Shown in pieces: positions 1 through 11,899 of a stretch of DNA of 35,646 nt. Numbering within the stretch: position 1 is the stretch's first letter; each line of letters starts with the position of its first letter. This DNA is from Phoronis australis (lineage: Eukaryota; Animalia; Phoronida), in assembly GCA_002633005.1 (NCBI GenBank), contig NMRA01000205.1, positions 131,720 through 167,365 on the forward strand. The letters are read 5' to 3'. Below the pieces are notes generated by a model. The model was given only the letters and a program-made list of their open reading frames with translations. It did not search any database and was not told the DNA's origin. A program made the translations under genes and the position numbers.

Positions 1-1530
1 GCGCGCGTCTGCGTTTGCAGGTGTATACGCGGTGATTTTCTAGTGAGAGAAATGCTGTTTGCTACAAGACGTCATCACTGTGACAAGGCGCAGGCCGGGT
101 TGCCTCAGTGATCAATTATTTACCTTAATTTGGATATTCGGAAACAAAATGAATTTCACAACACGTCTATATACCACCAGGATTTGATTGCATGAGTTTT
201 TGGTTACGAAATCAAATATGCTGACAAATTGCCAGGCTGTATCTCGGTAGTAAGCTTCGTCAAATGCTTCCCTATCCCTACTCAATGTATTGCATAATAT
301 GTCTAAAAGTACACGCTAACTAAGTGTTTCCGATTGCACGTAAATGTAGTCACTCACCACAAATTGCAAAATCGGGAATTTCCGAAGATAGGCTAACCCA
401 AAAAGTACGCTCGTGGGCGTATTTTAGTAGCTGTTTGTACGTTTTGAAAATTTGATGGATTGATCTGAAACACAAATGTAATACTTTTTGACAAAACATT
501 ATAATAATGGGATCGTGATTTCACTCAAACCGAATATCGTTTAACGAAATATAGGGTGACTTTGTTGGTAACAAACAGTAGGAAGACTCTATTTCCGAAA
601 ATATGCTCCCTTTTTCCGAAAATACGACCGTGCGTAATTTTGGTTTCATTTGAAGTTCTTGAAAGGTCGTTTTCCGAATATCCGCATGGGCCTATTTTTG
701 AATTTCTGGGCATGGTGTGACAGTAATTAGTTCACACCCCTAGCAACTACTCCAAATTGGAGACAAAAAAGATGGTGGTGGTCTATTCAACATTCATTAA
801 CAGTTTTTGTTCAAACCGGCAAAATGCATCAAAGCTAACTTTTTAAAATCTGAGGCTCACGTCACATGTGTGAACCATACACATTACCACAGTAACCACG
901 TGTGTTCTAAAACTGAGTTTACGCAATTATCTCACCAAGGAATGGCGGTCCGTATCTCGGTCAGCCTCGACATTACATCATTTTACTTTTAAGAAATTCA
1001 GGAGTTATCAGTCAGCATAAAAGCTCAAATGGAGTCTTAAAGAAAGATTAATCAATACGAAGCAGTCCCGCTATATCTTCAAAGGTTTAATAGGTAGATA
1101 GGATTGGCACTACTAAAGCCGCTGTTCCTTCCATTTCAAAATAAAAACAGCAGCAGTATCCAAATATGACGAGCTATCAGATACCATCACAAAAATAACA
1201 CATTAAACTGCAAGCCTTTCTCTTCTCGCAGAGGAACACAATAATGAAAGCGTGGAAAGCGTGGAACAGAAGGTGATCGGGTACAAGATGGCCACATACC
1301 TCCAATAAGTAAAACGTAGGTTTAACCACAGCGAAGCGTGACAAAAAGATTGATGAGCTTCAGTAAATTGAAATGGGAATGGAATAAAAAAAATATTAAC
1401 TGAGGGGACACCAAGACAGATCGTGTGGTAAGCGCGTGGAGCCAGTTTGGCGTTTATTTGATTTCCCTTCATCAATTATTATGTCTCAACTGAAACTGAG
1501 TGTCGAGGCATACTATCATAGTGGTTCGAT

Positions 1531-1604
1531 AATAAAACAGCGCTTAAAGATTACGAGTGTATTCAATAATAAAACAGGGCTTAAAGATTACCAGTGTATT
1601 CAAT
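1531..1604. repeat. Two-copy 37-bp tandem duplication
   Basis: aataaaacagSgcttaaagattacSagtgtattcaat at 1531 and 1568, with 2 mismatches. Confidence 0.9.
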
Positions 1605-2302
1605 CCTTTTTCTTTCTGCATATTTTACGTTTTCCGGCCCCATCGTTTCACTTGCCATGGAGCATAACTCTACACGTTTAAATACCGAAACCTCCAAAAT
1701 CAGTTAATTAGAGAACGAAAAATAAAGAATCATGTTTTTGATGCCGTGTTTGTAGAACATGACCTGCAAAACCAACCGTTGTGTTACTTCCCGCAATGGC
1801 GACGGTGAATTGCCAAAGGCAATCTCGCACTGCAGTCCTAATCAACGACACGAAGGCATCTTAAATTTCCCAAGCTATCCGCGAGCTATTTCGTGACAGG
1901 TTTGCAAATTTTGTCTTGGACTCTTGAAATAGGGTCATCTTTGAGACTCTTTGAAGACATGGGAAATCAAGAATCTGCTCCAAGCATTCACTGATGATAA
2001 GAAATGAATGTTAAAAAAAATAATTTTTAAATAAATACAATTTTTGATATCACGACTAAGCAGTAGGAAGGAAATGCAGTTATAAATGTAACAATAACAT
2101 TGTTTAAAGTCACAACGAGCACAGTTTTCTATGACAATTAGCTTGGGACATCTCGTTTCACACATTAGCAAGAGTCGAACGTATTGAATGAATTTTGTGA
2201 TGCGTCTCACAAAAATCGGATAGTGAAATAACACGGGTGAGCACTTCTTTTTTTCTACGGTTATACAGTGGTCAGAATGAAGATGATACATGTAATTTTA
2301 TT

Positions 2303-2328
2303 TTACTTTGAATTTATCCATTCCTGAC
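2303..2328 (-). CDS. Putative terminal coding exon (G)QEWINSK* of the TRADD-N-like gene
   Basis: Acceptor ctgtttcgatAG at 2329-2330. The phase-1 entry matches the phase-1 donor at 2409-2410 (82-nt intron). TAA at 2303-2305. Confidence 0.5.
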
Positions 2329-2410
2329 CTATCGAAACAGCGCTCAATGTAATTTTATAAACCATGGGAATTTCAACGGAAACAGCCGCTTTCGATACAT
2401 GTGGACGTAC

Positions 2411-2812
2411 CTTGAAAAGGTAAGTAGACCTCAGTATATGTCGCGTACTGTTCTGTATCCAAACGTGCCATCAACACTTGCGAAGACGAGTTGTTGACGT
2501 AGCCATTATTGATTAAAACATCGCTTAGTTTACGGTTTAATTCTCCGCTTTCACAACTGTTCCAGAATGACTGTGCGCTCGTCAAGTCTCCTGCCTGAAC
2601 CCTGAACTTCAATTTGCCATCGGTGAACTTTTCATATCCTGAAGGTCCGTTGGCTGCTGTCGCTAAAATTTGCTCAAACTCGCCGATGTATCTATTAGCT
2701 TGAGTCTTGTTGTGCAAAATTATGTCATTTAGTTCAACTGAGTTGTGCTCCCTGACGGAAGCCGAGCTGGAATTTCCCAGGTCACCAAACGATACGGCTA
2801 CACTTAACTTTC
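2411..2812 (-). CDS. 402-nt phase1/phase1 coding exon resembling a TRADD-N-like domain of invertebrate death-fold/immune proteins
   Basis: Stop-free for 134 codons between acceptor ttctccctttAG (2813-2814) and donor CAAG|GTACGT (2409-2410). DGKLKFRVQAGDLTSAQSFWNSCESGELNRKLSDVLIN...LDTEQY fits the G-x-L-x-F-x-V...L..W....SGEL...L...LI pattern I recall for TRADD-like N-terminal domains. The domain call is by eye. Confidence 0.65.
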
Positions 2813-2916
2813 CTAAAGGGAGAAATCAGACGATCAACAATGTAAAAGTATTATTGATGGAGTGCTTAGTAGTAATTTGTAAAAGAATTTTACAGAAACA
2901 CACCACGTTTTCGTAC

Positions 2917-2966
2917 CACACATGTACGACTGTCGTCGAAGTTTCGTCAATTTCAATGTCGTAAAC
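2917..2966 (-). CDS. Putative 50-nt exon (FTTLKLTKLRRQSYMC-G) upstream of the TRADD-N-like exon
   Basis: Acceptor ttcataacAG (2967-2968) and donor GTG|GTACGA (2915-2916). Phase 2 in and phase 1 out joins the 402-nt exon in frame. Confidence 0.35.
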
Positions 2967-3243
2967 CTGTTATGAAACTGGCAATTTAACTGACGTGGTC
3001 TTTTGGCACAGTTCAGCCCCAAGTTCTGAATACGAAACATTTCTATCCTGTCCGTCCTATATTAGACTACAGAATACTCCACCCATTGATGCGTAACATA
3101 TTTGCTGCCTGAACCAAGCTTTAAGTTGTTAAACCTGATTCTTCATGGAAGACCTAGGTCTTTGGGTGTGTGCAATCGCGTGGGCCACACCCGTAACACC
3201 ATTCAAGAGTCTATTAAATGCAAGCCGTTACATGCTTGCAGCT

Positions 3244-3569
3244 CACTGTAATATATTACTACAATACATTATACACTGTTACACTCTTCAAAAAGCCCAT
3301 AATGAGACGGCCTTTTCTTTGAGCAACGAGAACAAGTGTGAAGTCACGAGACCTAAGAGTTCTGGTACTGCGGTACTTTCATCTGAGGTTGCCACTTTGC
3401 AAATTCAGCGCAAAATACAGATTGCCACTAGTCTCGAAGCTGAATATAAGCCAAAATCTTGGCAACAAGAGTAAACATCGACTTGATCCTGGAGCGCACT
3501 GTAACACGCATGTAGGACTCGTTGAAGAGTGTTACGGTGTATAATGTATTGTAGTAACATATAACAGTG
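3244..3569. mobile_element. 326-bp MITE with 48-bp TIRs ending CACTG...CAGTG (CACTA/EnSpm- or Transib-like termini)
   Basis: 3244-3291 cactgtaatatattactacaatacattatacactgttacactcttcaa is the reverse complement of 3522-3569 with 4 mismatches. No clear TSD. Confidence 0.85.
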
Positions 3570-3703
3570 TTTCGGCGTTTGGAACGGGTGCACGAGCGCA
3601 CGCTCGCGCCTTCGTCTGTAACAACGACGGTAAGTTCTACGTCTTTTCCTAGAACTACAGGAACCTGTCCTAGAATTCTATCGTCTGTTGTAACAAGCCC
3701 CTG

Positions 3704-5741
3704 CAGGTCCGTAGCCAGGGGGGGGGGGGTTGCGGAGGGTTCGATCGCGGAAATGGTCCAGCCCAGCATATCCATTAAAGATATTTTTATCTAAGGATAT
3801 AGATGGGCAACAACAACAAAATTGTTGCAGCTCTAGTACTACTAACTACAATGATAACTGAGTTAGAAATTATTTTCATAGGCGGATTTAGGGCCCCCCC
3901 GCTGCCGCCAAAAATAAAACAGGAAGACAGAAAGAGCGTGAGGAAATATTGAATACCAATTAACCCTGGTAATGAATGACGAAGCGGCCGAAACGAGGTG
4001 TAGGAAGCATCTCACCGTTTTTTTTTATTCCTGCGGCTGCATTTCAGCAAGAAGGTCCATATTCTCGGAAGTCCAAGCCGGGCCTTTTTCATTTCCAGCT
4101 GGCTGCGCGCATGCAGTCGTGCTTTACGCGATTATTCGAGGCAAAGTGTTGCCCCCCCCCCTTATGGTATCTTAGATCCGCTACTGATTTTGAAATTGCT
4201 TCTGATTCAAAGCGGTTCACGTGGCATTGGGCCGTATCCGGCCAACGTCGCGCGAGTGGTGTTTGTGTAGATGACAAGAGATAGGTCAGACGATAAGAGG
4301 AGGCTTGATCAGCATTGAACGCGGGTGGTGGCGACATCAAAGGGTAACAAGGGAATCTAAGTGAATGTATGTACCTACTGCAGGCATAGATTCTAGCCCT
4401 ATGACCTTAGTATACTATATAGCAACGAGAGAGTTTCCAAAAAGTAGTGCGATTTGAATGCTTTAAAATCGGCCAAGAGACAAAACAGCGGAAATTTGAG
4501 ATTTCTTATCCTGCTATTTTGGTTTAATTGCTAGCATAGTACGGTAAAGTGCATGTATTTTCAAATTTTGAACCGAAAGTGATCGTCAGATATGCAAATA
4601 TGTTGTTCATCCAGTGTCCATTCTGATTGTGGATTGGTGGATTGACATGCATGCGTGTACACATTTGAAAGTTTCCGTTCTTTTAAATTCAGAACACGCT
4701 GACTGTAAGTTCACTATAGGCAATCTTCCATCGTGCTCAAAAACCAGACATTCAACTACCGTGTTTTCTTGCACTGAGAAAACCCCGTCAAGCATTTTCA
4801 CCTTATTAAGGAAAAGAAGGCTTAGTTTCCTCTTGTTAATCAGTGTCCATGTTGCACAGCCCAGCTCGAACGAGCCCCCCCCCCATTTGGCGAAGTAAAA
4901 TAAAAAGTCCGAAAAATAAAAAAACGAGACAATAGTCCACTAAAAATGCAGGAACTATCAAAATTCGGCGAATGCACAATTCATAGCTCTGAACGTACCC
5001 CCTTTTTTAGTGAAAGGTCCACGTTCTCGAAAAATCGAGCACCCTATTTTTAGGCTGAGTGCGCGCATGGACGGTGGTCACTGTCTACATGAAATCCAAA
5101 CAAAGCGTTTTAGTGCCCGGGCGTTTTTTTCGTTATAGGAGCATCTAAAAACCGAAGTATTGTTTATTTTTGCATGTTAAAGTATTAAAATTACGCCTAA
5201 GTCTGAAAGTTTAGATATAATCGTTGCATTGAACCTTCGGAGTAGATAATCTTCAAAGTAGGGGACCTCCGGAGTATTAAACCTTCGAAATAGTGGGCTG
5301 TTCCCATTTCCAGCGACGTAAGAAACTCCAGTAACGCGCAAAAATACAAGTTAAACAATTTTGTCATGTCGTCCTTCGACTAAAATTCATATTTCCGTCC
5401 GAGCATGTAATGAGGTGTAATCAACCATTTAGGCGTGCCTGATTTGAAATTTTGGCAGGAGGTAACGAGAGAACGTTTTCTTGCTGGACCAACTTACACC
5501 AGAATTTGCCATGTGTGTCCCGTTCTTTGCGAGCAACCGCGAAAACATCCTCATTTCTAGTATTACAAGTTCCGTCTCATCTCAACAACATAGAACTGAG
5601 AGTCATCGTCGTGTGTACAGATTTCCCTTCCCCGCCAACTGCCTTACAGAAAACTCCACACTGTCGACGTTTGCAAAATACCAGAGATCCACCGTTCTAG
5701 AAATTCTAACTAGCCCCCGCGCAATGCTGGCTACGGGCCTG
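3704..5741. mobile_element. 2.0-kb non-autonomous DNA transposon with 15-bp TIRs and 3-bp CTG TSD; contains nested MITE fragments
   Basis: caggtccgtagccag (3704-3718) versus ctggctacgggcctg (5727-5741), 14/15 inverted match. CTG at 3701-3703 and 5742-5744. Internal TIR-like remnants near 3880, 4099-4113 and 5055-5069. Confidence 0.75.
5231..5305. repeat. Degenerate ~16-bp subterminal-type repeats (aaccttcggagta-like, about 4 copies)
   Basis: gaaccttcggagta / aatcttcaaagta / gacctccggagta / aaccttcgaaata, followed by gggctgttccc. Confidence 0.5.
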
Positions 5742-5788
5742 CTGTAGTATCTTGATTCTCTTGAAAAATTGTTTATACTACACAAAAA

Positions 5789-5967
5789 GGCTGTACTGAA
5801 TAATGTATATATGTATAAACAAGTGGAACACCCATGTATGAACAGCTTTAGGCTGTAATGAATAATGTTTCATGCATAAACAAGTGGAGCACCCCTGTAT
5901 GAACAGTTCTAGACTGTACTGAATAATGTTTCATGCATAAACAAGTGAAGCACCCCTGTATGAACAG
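5789..5967. repeat. Minisatellite, about 3 copies of a 61-62-bp unit
   Basis: Units ctgtactgaataatg...aaacaagtgga.caccc.tgtatgaacag start at 5791, 5853 and 5914. Confidence 0.9.
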
Positions 5968-6923
5968 GTCGGAAATGATCGTGAGAGTATACTCTAGACA
6001 AGATCTTGGAGGTTGGCATTGTTAAATCTACGCGCAGTCATATATGAGGTGTCAGTGTTTGTAAGCAGCCGATTCCCTCAAAAAGCGACTCAGCATCACT
6101 TAAAAGAGATCTGAAACGCGAAAAACAGATTGAATTGCATCATTCAAAGGGGTTCTCTGCCACTGAAACAGAATTCAACCTGTTCACCAGGTATTTTCAC
6201 GGTTTGTTCGTAAAGCTTTTGAATTTCTATTGATGTCGAAGCCTTCTCTGTTAGTTTCAAATTTCAAAAACAATGACCTGTCAACTGTTCCCCCACTCCA
6301 TCGATTTTTCTCCCACAAAGCAAACCAAATCTCCTTATTTGGCATGGCAAGGTATGGACGTAGCACATTTCCTTCATATAGAAAATGTGACTTTTGACCT
6401 TTCATGTTACCAAAACGATGTCGACTTCAAGCAGCAGCCAGTCCGATTAAGAGGCAATTCATTAAGTCCTACCTGTTCAAAATTAGTTATAAATGTATCA
6501 TAGTATTCAAATATATTCTATAATGCACTTGGAAATCTTTTTGGAAATTGCTTGCTTCACTGGCTTGCCTCATACTGAGCTGTCTACCTCAGATTCGGAG
6601 TACTAACACACATCGGCCCTATCTATCTTGTCAGTCAAATGTGAGCGCTTGCGCGCATTTGACATAAGTCGGAGGGAGATTAAAACTCTGGGGTGGGAGC
6701 TTTTCCTTCGCCTGTATTTCAAAAATCATGAATATTGTCATTTTTCAGGAAATCCCTCACAGGGGAAGTGAATAACTCTGAAGCAGACGCTGGGAGAAGG
6801 TACTTTCGCCAGAAATTGTTTAAAAGATATTTTTGTCAAGCTTTCGTGTTCCATGCCTCTTTTTAGCGACACTGTTTCGATAACAGGACTATTGCCATGG
6901 GACATCCTATTTCATAGAATGGT

Positions 6924-7110
6924 AATTGTTGGGTGTTTTGTTTTCCATGATTATGCTATGAATAAAGTTTAATTGTTGGGTGTTTTGTTTTCCATGATTA
7001 TGCTATGAATAAAGTTTAATTGTTGGGTGTTTTGTTTTCCATGATTATGCTATGAATAAAGTTTAATTGTTGGGTGTTTTGTTTTCCATGATTATGCTAT
7101 GAATAAAGTT
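6924..7110. repeat. Minisatellite, 4 identical copies of a 47-bp unit containing AATAAA
   Basis: aattgttgggtgttttgttttccatgattatgctatgaataaagttt at 6924, 6971, 7018 and 7065 (last copy 1 nt short). No spacers. Confidence 0.95.
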
Positions 7111-7633
7111 GACGGCTGTTAGTCTTGCATTATTTCATCGTTATCTAATCTCATTTTAAATTTGGCCGTTTTGGTCTTCATAGGTAGCATTCAATATAAC
7201 TTTTAACTCTGTCAAAGTGACTTCAATAATTTTCATTTACCCTCGACACGATGTGAAGCCACCTGATTGGGACAAATATTGTCAACAGTTAAGGAATTTG
7301 TGCTTGGGTAACTTTCATGACTTCATATATGGTCACAACTCTTCACACTGATATCAGTTTATGTCAATACATAGAATGAAGTTTAAACCATCGAGACCAC
7401 AGAGAAACGCTTCCATAGCATATTAAAGGGTCATAATCGGCTTTTATGGCTGGCGATATTTTGGGGTGATTGTTGAGAAGATGCATTTCTTGAACGTGTT
7501 GGTTTTGACCAACGGTATAAAGCAACAAAATCCTTTATGTTTTTGTGGTTTGCTGCAATTTTTCGACATTGTCTGCCAGTCTTTTACTTAAAGCAAGGCA
7601 GGTGAAATGTGCCAACATTTACCTAGCGGTTTT

Positions 7634-7735
7634 TAGTTCCGCCACCAGAGCGCTAGGCTGCGACCGCGGTGGTTCCAGGTTTGAATCCGCGCTGAGGCTG
7701 TCTCAGACAAATATTTTCTGGCCGACAATGTCCCT
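7634..7735 (+). mobile_element. tRNA-derived SINE head, copy 1
   Basis: B-box-like ggtttgaatcc and tRNA-like agagcgctaggctgcgacc. Aligns with 32186-32286 (ccgcgctgaggctg.tctcaga...aatgtccct). Confidence 0.7.
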
Positions 7736-9604
7736 TTATTTTTTGCTTTGTAAACATTTGAGGCTTACAACTGCTTACGATGAACGGCCAGTTTCGGCTG
7801 CGTGTGCTTACCTCTGAAATAGGAGTAAGCGTAGGAGTAGGCTGGGTTTCCGAATACGAAAAACAACAATATGGTCAACCCGACGATTAACACTTTCACA
7901 TTTGACACTGTAAACATCATGCTGTGTCTGACAGGGGAAGTGAATGCTGCGCACCTGCGTAAAAAAAAGAAGTTTTTAAAGTCCCTTCTCCCCTTTAGTG
8001 TATCTGGCATCCTTGCCAACCTCTTTCCGTTAATTTCCCTACATTCCGATTTGTCGGACGCGATTGTGTAATGGACTAACAGTGAGGGCGCCTAAATTAA
8101 TATTTGCTACCACTATTTTCCAGTGTTACGAGAGCATTGCTGTGAATTAATCACGTGGCATGGCTTCTCATTTGCTTAACAGGACGAATTAACATTCAGA
8201 CATCCGATTAGCTAGAACGTTAACATCTAAACATTCCGATTGGTTGATGTTGAGAAATGCATGATTACACTGCTCCATGTTTTGAGACTAGTCTTGTAAT
8301 TGCTGTAGCCACAAGAACTGAGTAATTCGATGTATTCAAACAAACTCATGTTTTTGACACACGCAAGATTGCAAGGCATCAACAACACAATGAAAGTATT
8401 CACTTAAGAGTTGATTTACTTTTCCGGCTCATTCCCGGGCCAGATGTATACGATAAAGGTCGTCCGAAGCAATGCAAAAAATAAAAAACACATGTGCATT
8501 GATGTCCACACACGGCCGTTCATCGTTTCACACAGCCACTCACCGTTCGGCTGCAATCAAAGCCAGCTGCCACACACTTAAAGACAACAGGGTGTGTGTG
8601 ACGGCACTTTCAATGTGACATGACCAAAATGGCATGACTCTGCCTGAAAGAAATAAAAACATGCAAGTATGTCAATTTCTCGCATAATCTCACAAAGTTC
8701 TGCAAGCAATTCTTACGCCATGAAATTGCTTGGAGAACAACAATAACAAGATGGTAAAATTTAAAGTTATGAGTTAGACCACATGTACTTTTATAGCTGA
8801 TAGAATGAAAATCATTGCGCTCACCACTAAGTTAAAAATTCACCACTATCTGATCGAAGGATCATTAGAATTCTAACATTAAATAAACAGTTGTTTGCAT
8901 TATTTTAATTGTATTCGTTCTGTCGGTGAATTATTAATGATCGGCCACCAGAACTTGAATAATTTACCGCAACTTCTTTTATCCGCAATATGTTGATTTG
9001 TGTTGAGATTGTTCAAACCGATTGAGCAATGCTATCCCTACAGCTCGATCACTGCGAGCCATTTGGATTGTGAATTCAGACCAGGGTAACTAAGTTCACT
9101 GTGTTTCAGTGAATGAAATACATTATCACATTTCTCAATTCTATTTCCAGTTGACCGTGACGCAGAGACGAGCCTGCTGGTGAAAACACAACACCACTTC
9201 CAGTTTATCAAAACTTGTTATAACAGTATTACTTTAAAAATTGGAGTAGAAACAAATTTCCTATGTTCAACACCCACATACTTCGTCTTTCGGAGACTAA
9301 ATTTTTTCTCCATTTCCCAGCATAAATGTCCTTTATTATCCTGTTCAATTGCCAATTCATTTACTAAAAAGAATATAAGTCTGGTGAGTCAGACATTTCA
9401 ACCCTCTCTGTAAGAAACTTGTTCACCGACTGGATTTCCCGCGTCAGGTTGACCTGATTTTAGAATGAGGTCGTACACCGCTGGGAGCTGCGCGCATTGA
9501 TCCCTCTTCAATGGGGCTATTCGGAAAATATACAATAACTAGAGGGCGTGCGTGTACTAGTGGTGATAGATTAACAGCCTCGATTTCGCAAGCCCTTTAA
9601 ATAC

Positions 9605-9697
9605 ATGGTGAAATGGCTTGCAGCCGTGCCAACTGAATCTGAGATTGCGTAAAAAGGGTGTTTCTATGAGAGGAAGTAAGCACGACCTCATACAAAG
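9605..9697 (+). pseudogene. SAP-domain first exon of the ISL2EU YqaJ gene (frameshifted)
   Basis: ATG at 9605; after a frameshift LRKKGVSMRGSKHDLIQR, then donor AG|GTAAGG. Fits the SAP motif L..rG...G.K.dLi.R. Confidence 0.7.
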
Positions 9698-11126
9698 GTA
9701 AGGTTTGTGATTATTTTAACGATTATTCCATGATTATTCTACCGATGCCTGTTAACTGAGGCACTCGCCGATGTCGACTTCGCGGCAGTCAGTCGCCAGC
9801 CAGAGTCTGGTTAATCTTTGTATGTTGTGATATGTGATACGATACTTGACGTAGCAATCGGGATCTTTTCGTACATCAAAGCATTATTATTGTTTGGAAT
9901 GATTTCTAAAAGTTTATCAGTGACAGTTACATCAATCAATGCTGAATGTTTATGCTGTCAACTCGATACAGGTTAATGAGTTAAGATTACAATCCAATCC
10001 CAATGGCAAAGGGTACGTGAGTGATAAATATCCATTGCATTAGACTATTTGTTTACTCCCTATCATATGTCTTCTGGAAATCTATTACACGTTGAAATGG
10101 AAATCTATCACGTCAGTTTTCACGTAACCTTTGGTTTTTAGGTTTGAAGGCTTGTACCGTGCAGAGGAGATATGCATCGCTTCTGCACCGTCCCTGAATG
10201 GACAAAAATTGGTTTTTAGCATTTGACTGCAGCTAACCAACAAGATCTTCCCATCCAGTGCAGATCTGTTGTCAAAGCCTACTTTCAATATTGGAGACAA
10301 CGAACAAAGCCTTTGAAAAGGAACAGCTATTTTTAAAGTCATTTTGTTAAATTACTTATTCAGGTCCCGAGGGGGGATTGGCATGGGGGGTTGTAATATT
10401 TGGTACAACTGAATGTGTGGAAATAACAGGTAATACATGTTTGGGGAAAAGAGCATGGTGAGGTAATTCTTAACCTTCACGAAGTCCCTTCAAGTTGATT
10501 TCATGAAACTGTTTTGCTACTTGTATCAATTGTAAAACCACGAAAATATATTACATTTTCCGAATTCACAGTGACTGAATAGTCTTAACTCATGCCTTGA
10601 AATGTTGCAAGTCGTTATAAATTCAAATGACTGCCATTTTTGTGAAAATTGCATTTTTGATGGTGCCTTACGATTTGTAATTACTCTTAAACAACAGAAA
10701 GATTATCCATCATTTTTAAATGACCCAAGTCTTCATATCTTCTATTAGAAGAAAAACGGTTCCCTCAACCTTAGGCTAGAAGTATGCTTGACAGACCCAT
10801 GAACCTGTAATCTGAGTTTAAAATTGCTGAAAGTATCAAAATTAAAAAGGCTTGAAAATGGGTAACAAAGGTTTGAAGTTGTCTCAAAAAACTTGTATAT
10901 TTTACAGACAAGTGATGCGTTTAAAGAATTGTTATGGCTAGGGATAAAAAATAAAGACACAGTTTTATGCAATACTCATTATATACACCCTTGGTTTCTG
11001 AAAATAGTAATTATTTACTTTTATGTGAAACTGTAGACCAATCACCATATATTTTTGAAAAACAGGGATAACATTTTTGATCCAATCTGGAGTACTTAAT
11101 TATTCATATTTCAATATTTGTTCCAG

Positions 11127-11669
11127 GTTCAGTGACATTTTAAGGCCACTTCAAGCTGTATCATAGACAAGCTTTGTTACTCCGTTCTCTTCCCACAGCA
11201 CTTCCACACACCAGCAGTGCTGCTTGGCACAATGTGCAAGTCAGTGGCCCTGGAGAAATGTGAATCGCAGTACTAAGTTACCATAAGACAATGTGCCAGT
11301 GGAGTGTCTGTGTATCCAGACGAACTATATCTGACTGCTACACAAATAAGCCTTGTTGGTGAGGATGCCCTTTCATAGGCAATGAGTCATGTGTGGACAA
11401 TAGCTTATTTCCTTTCCTGGAAGAAACATGAGGGACTGAAGCTAAAGAAGACCTAGTCACACTCTGGTCTAGTTCAGAGTCTGATTTTGGGCTCAAAACG
11501 ATTCAAGTGATATGCTGCTGTGTTTACCTTCAAGGGTCTAATTGTGGATGTTATTGAGGCTGAATGAGGTTACATGAAAGAAAGCCACGTGTTGAAACTG
11601 GACCTTTTTTACAAGCGCTTCTATAGGCCATTGAAACTAGAACCCAGTGAAATGAAAGCCAAAAGCTGA
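11127..11669 (+). pseudogene. YqaJ / lambda-exonuclease-like domain remnant
   Basis: After acceptor ttccAG: FSDIL...HTPAVLLGTMCKSVALEKCESQY*VTIRQCASGVSVYPDELYLTATQISLVGEDAL...LKLKKT*SHSGLVQ...VFTFKGLIVDVIEAE*GYMKESHVLKLDLFYKRFY. Colinear with the YqaJ consensus; catalytic PDG and EVKCP motifs are destroyed, with many stops. Confidence 0.75.
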
Positions 11670-11899
11670 GTGACATTAAATTTTCCTTTCAGAAGAAAGG
11701 CTTTATACTATTGGTAAAAACTTTTCAATTTGGTACAGATTATGGGGAAATGACATTCAGTGACTGCATCGATTGTCTTATTGTATGTTTTCAATTGTAG
11801 CTAGCTGGATAAGAATCTGCTATGCACAAGATTCGAGAATAAACAATTATCAGTGTATTTAAAAACAAATGGCAAACTGAAAAAGCACAGAAAGAAACA

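Larger units (their letters stand above)
3232..5777 (-). pseudogene. Coding exon split by two insertions: pieces 5777-5742, 3700-3570 and 3243-3232
   Basis: Removing 3704-5741 (plus one CTG) and 3244-3569 gives acceptor cctttttgtgtAG, then the open frame YKQFFKRIKILQ/GLVTTDDRILGQVPVVLGKDVELTVVVTDEGASVRSCTRSKRR/KAAS, then a phase-2 donor AT|GTAACG. Confidence 0.45.

Noticed and set aside
591-682. Three tttccgaa(a)at motifs as a defined element
   Set aside because: They look like MITE subterminal repeats, but no TIR pair or TSD could be placed.
6130-6472. Additional minus-strand exon of the TRADD-N-like gene
   Set aside because: An acceptor-like site exists at ~6473, but all three frames contain stops and no motif is recognisable.
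5789-7110. 61-62-bp and 47-bp repeats as CRISPR arrays
   Set aside because: Head-to-tail units with no unique spacers, no cas genes, and a eukaryotic context.
7634-7700. Functional tRNA gene
   Set aside because: The cloverleaf cannot be completed, and the shared non-tRNA tail with 32186-32286 indicates a SINE.
10218-10232. agcatttgactgcag resembling the tRNA-Cys anticodon arm
   Set aside because: No acceptor stem, T-arm or B box around it; probably chance.
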